From: Hemiscyllium ocellatum
Lineage: Eukaryota
Direction of reading: 5' to 3'
Assembly: GCF_020745735.1 (NCBI RefSeq)
Contig: NW_026869259.1
Span: 62,001-126,000, forward strand
Length of the DNA stretch: 64,000 nucleotides
Made by a program: the position numbers and the translations under genes. Position 1 is the first letter of the stretch. The number at the start of each line of letters is the position of its first letter. The notes beneath the pieces are model-generated. The model saw only the letters and a list, made by a program, of their open reading frames with translations. It was not told where the DNA came from and did no database searches. Positions 1 through 10,255 of the stretch are shown here, piece by piece.

Positions 1-320
1 AGAGGCCTGGATAGAGTGGGCGAGGAGAAGGTGTTTCCACCAGTAAGAGAAACATGGACCAGAGGGCACAGCCACAGAGTTAAGGGATAACTCATTAGGA
101 CTGAGATGCGGAGGAATTTCTTCTGCCAGAGGGTGGTTAATCTGTGGAACTCATTGCTGTGGAGGTGAAGGCATTGAGTGTATTTAGGACAGACATTGAT
201 AGATTCCTGATTGGAAAGGTGATCAAGCATAATGGGAAGAGGCCGGAGAATGGTCTTGAGAAACACATGACCAAACAGTACAGCAGACTTGATGGGGCGA
301 ATGGCCTAATTCTGATGTCT
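1..320 (+). mobile_element. CR1-type LINE 3' end fragment
   Basis: RT C-terminal-like text (gaggaatttcttctgccagagggtggttaatctgtggaac) followed by the typical shark LINE tail (gggcgaatggcctaattctg). Confidence 0.75.
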
Positions 321-399
321 GCTGAAGAGACTTTGCAAAACCCCAGAACACTGTAGGCACTGGATTGTGAGCCCTGCTGGAGCTGTTTGTCATCAGAAC

Positions 400-1990
400 T
401 TTGCCAAGAGACAACCAAAGAGTGGAGAAAGTGTGCATCCTATTCCTTGTGGGAACTTCAGAATGCTTCCTAGCTCATGGAATACCATGAGTACAGGAAG
501 TGTGGTCAGTGGCAGTAGTTGGAACTCCGAGTTTTGGAGCTTGAGCAGCAGCTGGTGTCAGTGCGGAGCGTCCGTGAGGCTGAGAGCTCCGTGGAGAGCA
601 CGTTTCTAGATGTGGTCACTCTGCAGCTTCAGAGTATGCAGGGAGAGAGGGAATGGGGGAGCAGCAGACAGTCCAAAAGGACCAGGCAGCTAGTACAAGA
701 ATCCCCTGAGTGTATCCCATTCTTCAACAAAAATTCAGTTCAGAATCCTGATGAGAATGATGGTTCATCTGGGGAATGCAGCCAAAGCCAAGTCCCTGGC
801 ACCAAGGTGGGGGGAGGGGGGGGCAGCTGCACAGGGGGGGCAAAAGGAAGACTGGAAGAGCGATAGTGGGAGGAGATTCGAGAGTGAGGGCAATCGATAG
901 GTGTTTCTACAGCTGCAGATGGGAATCCAGGATGGTGTGTTGTCTCCCTGGTGCCAGGTTGAAGGAAGTCACTGAGCGACTGCAGAGCACCCTGAGGGGA
1001 GAGGGGGAACAGGCAGCAGTCGTGGTCCACATCGGTCCCAGTGACAGAGGGAGAAAAGGGATGTGGTCCTCCAGTCAGAATTTAGGGAGTTTGGGAGGAA
1101 ATTCAGAACAGGAACTCAAAAATAGGAATCTTTGGATTACTCCCATGACAAATGCAAGTGAGGATAGGAACAGGAGGATAAGATAGGTGTATGTGGGGCT
1201 GGAACGGTGGCCCAGGAGGGAGGGCTTTAGATTCTTGGGACTTTGGGAATGACTTGGTGGGAGATGCAACCTCTATGGAGAGGATGGGTTGCTCCTGAGC
1301 AGAGCAGGAATTGAGCTCCTCGTGGGGTGATTTGCTGGTGCTGTTGGAGAGGGTTTAAATTAATATTGAAGGGCCGTGGGAACCAGGAGGGTAATATCAG
1401 GAAGGAACACCAAGGAACGCAGAACCCTGGAAAAAATTGTTCGCATCAGAGTAAGGAGTAGTAACTTCCTAGGCAGGGTCAGAGTGAGAGAGAGCCAGCA
1501 ATAAACTCTAAATCTGGCTGGCTGTGCATGCATGGGACTGCACAGAGTGTGGGGAATAAGACTGGGGAGTTACAGACACAGCAACGGGTGCAGGAAAGAT
1601 GGGAAAGTGGGGAAAGGGTGAGAGGTGTGGGATTGATTATGGAGATCGGTGCAGAGCTGGAGAAAGAAGATGTCTCAAAGGTGTCAAGGACAGAATCGAT
1701 TTGGTTCGAGATAAGGAACAAAAAGGTGCAATCAGGTTGTTCAGTGCAGTCTGTAGGTCACTGACTAGTGGGAAGGATGGAGGGGAACAAACCTGCAAGG
1801 AATTTACAGAGAGCTGCAAACATTCAGGGATTTTAATTGTCAGAATATCAACTGAGACAGCAACTGGATCTTGGGAATGAGGAAATCCAAGTAGATCACG
1901 TGTCAGTGAGAGGACATTTAGGGAAGAGTGATCATTGTATCACAAGATTTAGGGGAACAGTGGAAAAGGACAACGGACAATCCAGCATAA
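400..1990 (+). mobile_element. CR1 LINE remnant: ORF1 (Zn-finger/leucine zipper plus SGNH esterase) and start of the ORF2 endonuclease
   Basis: ORF 776..1186 has IVVGDSRVR...MVCCLPGARLKEVTERL...VVVHIG (CR1 ORF1 esterase). 1528..1764 has WFEIRNKK (APE domain). Disrupted by frameshifts. Confidence 0.85.
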
Positions 1991-2697
1991 AGTCATGATC
2001 ATGGATCGTATCCCATGGATCACCTCCAATGTTTCACTCTTAGCATTTTTCATATTTTATTTTAAAACAGAATATGAATGAGTTACAAATATAATATTTT
2101 GCTTCAGCATTTACAGTTGAGAAGGACATGGAAGTGAAGGAAATTCGGGAAATAAATGAGAAGAGTCCATATTACAGAAGAAGAGGTGCGGTAATCTGTT
2201 CTTTAAACACATAAAGATAGGTAAATCCCCAGGACCCGATCAGCTCCATCCCAGTACTTTGTGGGAAGCTTGGGAAGAGACAGTGATGCCCCTTGTGGAG
2301 AAGGCTGAGAGGAGATTTGTTTGAGGAATTCAACGTCAGGAGGGATCTGGACAGAGTAAACAGGGAGAAAATGTTCCCTCTCATTAAAGGATTGAGAGCG
2401 AGAGCCACAGATTGAAAGTAATTGGTAGAAGAAGCTGAAGTGAGACAAGAAAAAACATTTTCATGAAGCAAGTGGTTAAGGTGTGGAATGCGCTGCCTGA
2501 GAGTGTGGTGGAGGCAGCTTCAATGGAAACATTCCAAAGGGAATGAGACTGTTGTTTGAAAAGGAACAATGTGCAGGGTGACAGGGAGAAGGCAGGAGAA
2601 TGACACTCAGTGAATTGCTCATTCAGAGAGCTGTTCCAGACAGGATGGGTGGAATGGCCTCCTTGTGCACTGTAACAGTTCTGTGATTGTGTGATTG

Positions 2698-2945
2698 AGC
2701 AGAGTTAAAGCTGGAGGAGGTGGGAGCTCGGTGTCTCACTGTGCTGCTGCTGCTGCTGCTGCTGCTGCTGAAGTCAGTGAGATCAGAGACTGGGACAGGG
2801 AGCCAGAGCTCACATCAAACTCTGTCTGTGTCTGTCACACTGAGACTGGCAGGAGGTTACTTACTGATTTCACTCCATGCTGCAGGAATGGGACCACAGG
2901 CTGCAAATGGACAGAGCTCCTCCACACGGTGAGTAAAACTGACTG
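2698..2945 (+). other. Conserved non-TE element in the J-C intron: (CTG)9 repeat, heptamer, ATG at 2888, G|GTGAGT donor at 2929
   Basis: Near-identical inverted copy at 56279-56525; exon status is inferred. Confidence 0.5.
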
Positions 2946-3110
2946 ACTTCTGTCTTACTGCTTAAAGGGGGCAGTGAAACTACAGCTGGACACCCTGTTA
3001 GACACAGTGCTCCTCAATCAACCATTTCATTCACTGCAGCTCCCCACTAACACCTTCAACAATTCAGCATTTGAGTTTTAGAAAGTTTTGTATTGAAAGG
3101 GTTTACTTAC

Positions 3111-3145
3111 TCAGTCTGAGCTTGGTTCCTTTACCGAAAGTAAGC
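3111..3145 (-). CDS. IGKJ: Ig kappa-type J segment (unrearranged), LTFGKGTKLRL(S)
   Basis: Minus strand reads g ctt act ttc ggt aaa gga acc aag ctc aga ctg a|GTAAGT. It has the FGxGT motif, a phase-1 splice donor (3105-3110) and a 23-RSS directly upstream. Confidence 0.96.
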
Positions 3146-3184
3146 CACAGTGAGAGCTCCCAGTGCAGAGGCTGTACAAAATCC
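3146..3184 (+). other. 23-bp-spacer recombination signal sequence of J
   Basis: Heptamer CACAGTG 3146-3152, 23-nt spacer 3153-3175, nonamer ACAAAATCC 3176-3184 (1 mismatch to ACAAAAACC). Confidence 0.95.
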
Positions 3185-3286
3185 TCAGCTCTCTGCTTCC
3201 CTCCGTCACTCTCACACTCTCCCTGTCTCCCTCTCTCTGTCTCTCACTTACTCTCACCTTCTCTTTGTCATTCCTGTTTTTCTGTT

Positions 3287-3447
3287 NNNNNNNNNNNNNN
3301 NNNNNNNNNNNNNNNNNNNNNNNNNNNNNNNNNNNNNNNNNNNNNNNNNNNNNNNNNNNNNNNNNNNNNNNNNNNNNNNNNNNNNNNNNNNNNNNNNNNN
3401 NNNNNNNNNNNNNNNNNNNNNNNNNNNNNNNNNNNNNNNNNNNNNNN
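3287..3447. other. Assembly gap (161 N) between V and J of the split gene
   Basis: Run of N flanked by CT-rich sequence. Confidence 1.
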
Positions 3448-3791
3448 TTTGGGAGGTTTGTGAACTTTATATGTTGATGTTAAATCTTACAGTTGCTCTT
3501 CACATGTGACCATGGAGTGTAAGAGGGAAACTTGAGGCCTTCAGTGAGCGGTGGACACCACAGGGACTGGAGTGTGTCGTGGACAGTGACAATCTCAGCA
3601 TGGGATAATTTGTTCAGTTTCATTTATCTATAACTGTGGACTTGTCAATATAGGAGGTGTATGTGTGTGTTCTCTGTTATATATTAAATATATATAATTT
3701 TAGGAGGTGTCAGTACAGGAGGTGGGACTGTGTGTCCATTATTATATATTATATCTAGCAGTGAGACGTGTCAGTATAGGAGGTGTATCGA

Positions 3792-3819
3792 GGTTTTTGT
3801 ACGGCTCTGTATCACTGTG
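3792..3819 (-). other. 12-bp-spacer recombination signal sequence of V
   Basis: Minus strand: CACAGTG (3819-3813), atacagagccgt (12 nt), ACAAAAACC (3800-3792). Perfect consensus. V-12/J-23 is the kappa arrangement. Confidence 0.97.
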
Positions 3820-4121
3820 CCAAGGCCAGCTCTCACTTTGCTGACAGTAATAATCAGCGACATGCTCATTCTGAACGTTGCTGATTGTCAGGGTGAAATG
3901 TGTGCTAGACACTTGTGTCCCTGTGAATCTGTTGGAGACTCCTGTGAATCGAGTTGCAGCATTGTAGATCAGGAGAGAGGGTTTCTGTCCTTCCCGTTGC
4001 TGGAACCATTCAACATCACCACTGGCACTCTGACTGGATTTACAGGTGATGGTTGCGGTCTGGCCCAGTCCCACTGACAGCACCGGGGGAGACTGAGTCA
4101 TGATGATGTCCCCACTGATAC
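3820..4121 (-). CDS. IGKV: Ig kappa-type V exon (unrearranged), [27 protein letters not shown]...WFQQ...[11 protein letters not shown]
   Basis: Open frame within ORF 3742..4239 with canonical Cys23, Trp35 and YYC; polypyrimidine-cag acceptor at 4122-4124; ends exactly at the RSS heptamer. Framework matches the nurse shark NS4 (kappa) type as I recall it. Confidence 0.96.
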
Positions 4122-4307
4122 CTGAGGGGTCAGAGAGAAACACAGTGAAGTCAGAACTGTCACAGAAAGAGCCGGTCAAATGAGAGATTGTTGGAGACAA
4201 TGAGCATTCCTCTGGTTTCAGCATTTTCCCTTCAATCACAAGTCAGTGGAATTGGAGTGAAATGGAGATCAGCTAAAGATTCAAGGTGGAAGGAGAGAGA
4301 TTTGTAC

Positions 4308-4356
4308 CTGCGATACAGAATGCCAGGGGCCAGATCAGCTGGATGTGTGAAATCAT
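4308..4356 (-). CDS. IGKV: Leader exon of the split kappa gene, MISHIQLIWPLAFCIA(G)
   Basis: ATG at 4356-4354, 49 nt, donor CAG|GTACAA; a 186-nt intron splices in frame to the V exon. Confidence 0.93.
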
Positions 4357-4411
4357 GGTGTGTGCTCCTGTCCCGGTGTCTGGTTCCTGATAAACTCTCC
4401 CTGGGCTCTGC

Positions 4412-4465
4412 TTTATAAAGCTGCAGCCTGTGAGAGTCTGACTGGGTGTTCCTCAGTATGCAAAT
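4412..4465 (-). promoter_or_regulatory. Light-chain promoter: octamer ATTTGCAT (4465-4458) and TATA-like TTTATAAA (4412-4419)
   Basis: Perfect octamer in light-chain orientation about 100 nt upstream of the ATG, with a TATA element between. Confidence 0.9.
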
Positions 4466-5082
4466 GGGATCAGGCAGAGAGACACATCAGTCCCTCACAC
4501 TTGCTTTTTTTTTCTCTCTCTCTCATCCTTCCCTAGTTCCACCTACCCTTTTCCCTTCTATCTCTCTTTCACCTTTCTCTTGAATATAATCATGTTGTTC
4601 ATTGACTTACTCCCTCTTTTTCTTTTGATCTCCCTTTCCTTCTGTGTTGGTTGGTCTGTCTTTCTCTCTCACTCTCTGATCATCCATTCCTCTCCATCAC
4701 TTATCTTTCTACCTGTTTCCTCACTCGTCCCCTCAATCTCTCATTGTCTCACTCTGTCTTTGTCTCTCTCCCTCCATTCACTCTCTAACTGATCTCTATA
4801 GCAGGTGTTATTCCAGCACATTGGAACACTGAGTCCTGGGGCAGCAACTAAATGCCTCACCCTCTCTCAATCAATCTCATAATGTGCACTTGCTCTCTCT
4901 CTAGATCTCTCTCTCACTCTCTCCCTCTCTCGCTGTCTTTTGTCTCTCTATCTCTCAATCAGAAGCTCAATGACATGAACAACATTTAACAACTTGTACA
5001 AGTCATCAACACTCATCCCACCTTGGCATTGAGGGAGAGGATCAGCCAGGATCATATTGAATGACAGAGCAGCCTCACAGCA

Positions 5083-5311
5083 CCAAACACAAACCCAAAC
5101 CCGAACCCTAACCCAAACCCCAACCCCAACCCCAACCCTAACCCCAACCCTAACCTGAACCCGAAACTGAACGCTAACCCTAACCCTAACCCAAACCCAA
5201 ACCCTAACCCGAACCCCAACCTGAACCCTAATCCTAACCCTAACCCTAAACCTAACCCATACCCTAACCCAAACCCAAACCTTAACCCATAACCTAACCC
5301 GTACCCTAACC
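5083..5311 (+). repeat. Degenerate interstitial telomeric repeat (CCCTAA)n, roughly 35-40 hexamers
   Basis: ccctaaccctaacc runs mixed with cccaaa, cccgaa, ccccaa and cctgaa variants. Confidence 0.85.
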
Positions 5312-5614
5312 AGAACATTACTCCTGCTCCCTGTTTCTATCTTTGTATGTCTGTGTTATCTTCAATCTCTGCCCCTGGGTATTGATTCCTCTACTTATGG
5401 AAAAATTGCCTTCCTGTCCACTCTATCTCTGCCCCTCATAATCTTATAGCCCTTTATTAGGTCACCTCTCAGCCTTCACTGCTCCAATATAAACAATCCC
5501 ACCCTTTCCAATCCTTCCTCACAGCTCAGATCCTCCAGGCCAGGCAGCATCCTGGGAAATCTCTGCATCTCTCGAGTACAGTCATATCCTTCTCATTATG
5601 TGGTGACCAGAACC

Positions 5615-5950
5615 TGTCTATCTCTCTCTCTCTCTCATTCACCAGATTCTCTTTCTCCCTCACTCTCTCTCTCCCCTCTCCCTCATTCACACTGTTTCAA
5701 ACTCTATCTCATTCTCCCTCTCTCTTTCTATCTCTCTCTCTATTATTCAAACCCACCATCTCTACCTTCCTCTAACTCTCTCTCCCTCTCCCTCTCTACC
5801 TTTGCTTATCTTACATTTACTCAGACTCACTCTACCTCTCGCTCTCATTCACACCCTTTCCTTCTCTCTCTCTCTCTCTCTCTCTCTCCAACTGGCCCTC
5901 TCCCTCTCTCTCTTTCTCTCTCTGTCTTACTCTATCTCCCTCTCTTTCTT
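5615..5950. repeat. (CT)n-rich low-complexity tract; paralogs at 25925-26205 and 53870-54390 (GA-rich)
   Basis: Polypyrimidine/(CT)n tract directly visible; also 4505-4950. Confidence 0.9.
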
Positions 5951-6349
5951 TCCCACAACATCCCAGGTGGTAACAGTTAAATACAGGGTAAATCTCCCTC
6001 TGCTCTGTCCCACCAATAGATGTTAACCCTTGACCCCAGAAGCATGTCTTCTCCTGGAGGAAGGTCCTATTTCCCACATTGACCAGGCTTTGGTATCTCT
6101 CAGGAAGACATACATATTCTTGCCAAATGAAGGACAGTTCTGTGCTGCTGGCCGATTCTCACTGGGGACTGGTTTGGACACAAACCTCATTCCATGAAGG
6201 CCCAGCAGAGAGAGGAGATCCTTAGGCCATCAGTGTGAGCTGGAGGGACAGGACAGGCTCTGACTCACTGACCCATCCTGTCCATTCACAACATGTTCCA
6301 ATACCTTCTCCTCTCCTTCCCCTTCCATGGTCAAGCTCCAGTTTTACTG

Positions 6350-7150
6350 TCAAGGGCAGAACCCTCCTGGTCCTCATCTTCCAGCCCACCGACCTTTGTA
6401 TACATTGCATCATCCTCCGATATTTCCGCCACCTATTAACAGACTCCAGAAACAGAGATATATTTCCCTTCCCATCCCTATCCATAAAGACCATTCCCTC
6501 CATGACTCCCTCATCAGGTCCACACCACCCCCCACCAATCCACTGTCCCCAGTCGGCACCTTCCCCTGCCACCACAGGAACCTGAGCCCACAACTCCCCC
6601 CTCACCTCTGTCCAAAACTTCAAAGGAGCCTTCCACATCCATCAAAGTTTCGCCTGCACTTCCACATGTGTCATTTATTGTATGCATTGCTCCCAATGCG
6701 GTCTCTTCTACATTGAGGAGACAGGATGTCTACCAGCAGAATGTTTCAGAGGACATCTCCGGGACACTCGCACCAATCAAACTCACCGCCCCCTGGCCAA
6801 ACATGGTCAACCCTGCCTCCAACTCTGCCAAGGACATGTAGGTCATGGGCCTCCTACATCACCACTTCCTAGCCACCCGACACCTGGAGGAAGAACGCCT
6901 CAGCTTCCGCCTCAGGACCCTCCAACCCCACGGCATCAATGTGAATTTCACTAGGTTCCTTGTTTCGCCTCTCCCCATCTTATCCCAGTTTCAACCTTTC
7001 AACTCGGCACTGTCCCATCTGTCCCCTCATGACCAGTCCCATCTGTCAATCTTCCGTCCCACCCTCCTCTCCATCCTCCTCTCCGACCTATCACCATTAC
7101 CCATACCTCCATCTACCTATCACACTCTCAGCTTCCTTCCCTCCAACTTT
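6350..7150 (+). mobile_element. Penelope-like element fragment (GIY-YIG endonuclease and 3' region)
   Basis: GTFPC..., HCSQCGLFYIEETG...FRGHL and LEEERLSFRLRTLQPHGINVNF in shifted frames. Confidence 0.8.
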
Positions 7151-7369
7151 GGAATGAGGACCAGGAAGAGATAATTCAGTCCTTCGAGCCCTGATCTTGC
7201 CTGATCATATCCTCATCTCCACTTTCCAGACTGCTCCCTATTGCCCTCTATCCTGCTTTTCATCAGAAAGATATCTGTTTCTTTATTGAATCTATTGATT
7301 GATTCTGCCTCCACTGTGCTCTGGGGGCAGTGACTTCCACAGATTCTCAACCCTCTAAGAGAATGCGTT

Positions 7370-7663
7370 ACAATAGAACAGAATCCATTCAGTATGGAGA
7401 CAGATCATTTGGCCCAACAAGTCCATAGCAGCCCTTCAAAGAGCATTCCACCCAGACCCAACCCCTTACCCTTTCCCTGTAACCCTACATTTCCCATGAC
7501 TAATGAACCTAACCTACACATCCCTGAACACAATGGGAAATTTAGCATAGCCAATCCTCCTAGTACATACATCTTTCAACTGTGGGAGCAGCTGCCCAAG
7601 GATAGGATCAAACCCAGCTCCCTGAACTGTGAGGCAGTAGTGCTAACACTGCACCACCATGCC
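7370..7663 (-). mobile_element. HE1-like tRNA-derived SINE (degenerate)
   Basis: Reverse complement has the ggtggtgcagtgttagcactactgcctcacag head and a LINE-derived tail. Confidence 0.7.
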
Positions 7664-8449
7664 ATTGTAGTTTATCCACATCGCAGTTTTGAACCTACCT
7701 CACCCATTCTATATCTATGACCTATTGTTCGAGACTGTCCCACAGGAGGGACATCTGTTCCATGTCTGACTTATCAGTCCCCTTTAGCATCTTATTTACC
7801 TCTCTCAGGTCCCCTGTCATGTGACTGAATTCCAGTGAGTATAAGCCCAAGCTATTCAACTATTCCTCATACGACAGCCCTTTCATCCCGGGAATCAGTC
7901 TGGTGAACATCCTCTGAACTGCATCCAGTGCCACCATCTCCTTCATCAAGTGAGGAGACCAAAACTGGACACAATACTTCAGATGTGGTCTCACCAATGC
8001 CTCACAGAATTGTAACAATATTTCTTTAATTCTGTAATCCAGTCCTTTTATAATAAATACCAAGATTCCAATTGCTGTAAGAAATGCCAACATTCCAATT
8101 CCATGGAACTCAATTGGAAGCTCCAACAGAGATCAGGAAACATGTGCCTCCTTCCATCTGGACTCTTCAACAGACGCCAATAAACCTGGACCTCATTCCC
8201 ACTGGGCCATCCAACAGGGATCAGTAACCATGGGCCTCCATCCCACTGGGATGTCTAATGGACAGCAGTGAGCACGGGCCTCTTTCCCACTGGACCCTCC
8301 ATATTGGAACTTCAAACCCCACATCCTCTCCATCACGAGGTCTTCTATTTCAATCTCCACAAGATTGATCGTCTATGCATTACATCAGCCCCTTGACCAC
8401 AGAAACCTTTATTCCTGCTCATCCCATATCCAAACTCTCCCAGCTTAAA

Positions 8450-10255
8450 GTCATAGAGTCAGAGAGATATACAACACAGAAACAGACCCTTTGGTCTAAC
8501 CCATCTATGCCGACCAAATATCCCAACCGAATCCCGTCCACCTGCCAGCACCCGGCCCATATCCCTCCAAACGCTTCCTATTCATATGCCCATCCAGATA
8601 TCTTTTAAATGTTGTAATTGTACCAGCCTCCACCATTTCCTCTGGCAGCCCATTCCATAGACGTACCACCCGATGTGTGAAAAAGTTGCCCCTCAATACT
8701 CTTTTATATCTTTCCCCTCTCACCCTAAACATAAGCTCTCTAGTTCTGGACCCCCCTACCCCAGGGAAAAGACTTTGTCTATCTACCCTATGCCCCTCAT
8801 GATTTTGTAAACCCCAAAACGGCCATTCCTCAGCCTACAACGTTCCAAGGAAAACAGCCCTAGCCTATTCAACCTCTTCCTGTAGCTCAAATCCTCCAAC
8901 CCTGGCAACATCCTTTTTAATCTTTTCTGAACCTTTTCGAGTTTTACAACATCCTTCTGAAAGGAAGGAAACCAGAATTGCACAGAATATTCCAAACTTG
9001 GTCTAAGCAATGTCCTGTTCAGCCACAACATGACCTCCCAACTCCTGCTCTCAATACTCTGAACAAGAAAGGGAAGCATACCAAATGCCTTCTTCACTAT
9101 CCTATCTACCTGCGATTCTACTTTCAAGGAGCTATGAACCTGCACTCCAAGGTCTCTTTGTTCAGCAAAACTCCCTAGGACTTTACCATTAAGTGTATAA
9201 GTCCTGTTAAGATTTGCTTTCCCAAAATGCAGCATTTATCTAAATCAAATTCCATCTGCCACTCCTCAGCCCATTGGCTCATCTGATCAAGATCCCATTG
9301 TAATCTGAGATAACCTTCTTCGCTGTCCACTACACCTCCAATTTTGGTGTTATCTGCAAACTTACTAACTCTACCTCTTTAGCACACATCCAAATCATTT
9401 ATATAAATGATGAAATGTAGCAATGATCTTTGTGGCACTCCACTGGTCACAGGCCTCCAATCTGCAAAACAACCCTCCAACACCACCCTCTGTCTTCTAC
9501 TTTTGAGCCATTTCTGTATCCAAATGGCCATTTCTCCCTGTATTCGGTGAGATCTTACCTTGCTAACCAGTCTCCCATGGGGAATCTTGTTGAACACCTT
9601 ACTGAAATCCATATAGATCCCGTCTACCATTCTGCCCTCATCAATCCTCTTTGTTATTTTTTCAAAAAACTCAATCAAGTTTGTGAGACATGATTTTCCA
9701 GGCAGAAAGCCATGTTGACTATTCCTAATCAGTCCTTGCCTTTCCAAATACATGAACATCCAGTCCTTCAGAATTCCCTCCAACAACTTGCCCACCAAGA
9801 TGTCAGGCTCACTCGTCTATAGTTCCCTGGCTTGTCCCTACCACCTTTCTTAAACAGTGGCACCACATTAGCCAACTTCCAGACTTCCAGCACCTCACCT
9901 ATGACTATTGATGATACAAATATCTCAGCAAGAGGCCCAGCAATCACTTCTCTAGCTTCCCACAGAGTTCTACAGGACACCTGATCAGATCCTGAGGATT
10001 TATCCATTTTTATGCGTTTCAAGACATCCAGCACTTCCTCCACTGATATATGGGCATTTTCCAATTAGTCGCCATCTATTTCCCTCCATTCTATATCACC
10101 CATTTCCTTTTCCACAAAATACTTGCTCAGTATCTCCCCCATCTCCTGTGGTTCCAAACAAAGGCCACTGAGCTGATCTTTGAGCAGCCCTAATCTCTCC
10201 CTAGTTACCCTTTTGTCCTTAATGTATTTGTAATGTCCCTTTGGATCTTCCTCAA
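8450..10255 (-). mobile_element. 5'-truncated CR1/HER1 LINE (RT region and 3' tail), left-arm specific
   Basis: ORFs 9768..10064, 9379..9798, 8783..9235 and 8505..8732 give KLANVVPLFKKG, QHGFLPGKSCLTNLIEFF, SGVPQ, YINDLD and RPSLEYSVQFW. Absent at the paralogous site near 52520. Confidence 0.92.

Noticed and set aside
4141-4147. Perfect heptamer in the leader intron of the split V
   Set aside because: No nonamer at 12 or 23 nt, and it is mutated (gactgtg) in the paralog; not called as an RSS.
4188-4418. ORFs antisense to the Ig leader and promoter (4188..4418, 55314..55688, 3730..4077)
   Set aside because: Shadow frames of the kappa genes, starting at non-ATG codons, with no independent support.
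5052-5318. 88-aa Gly/Leu/Phe-rich ORF (GLGLGFG...)
   Set aside because: It is the translation of the telomere-like hexamer array, not a gene.
5600-6077. Ser/Leu-rich and Arg/Glu-rich ORFs here and at 53741-54455 and 37764-38093
   Set aside because: Artefacts of (CT)n/(GA)n tracts.
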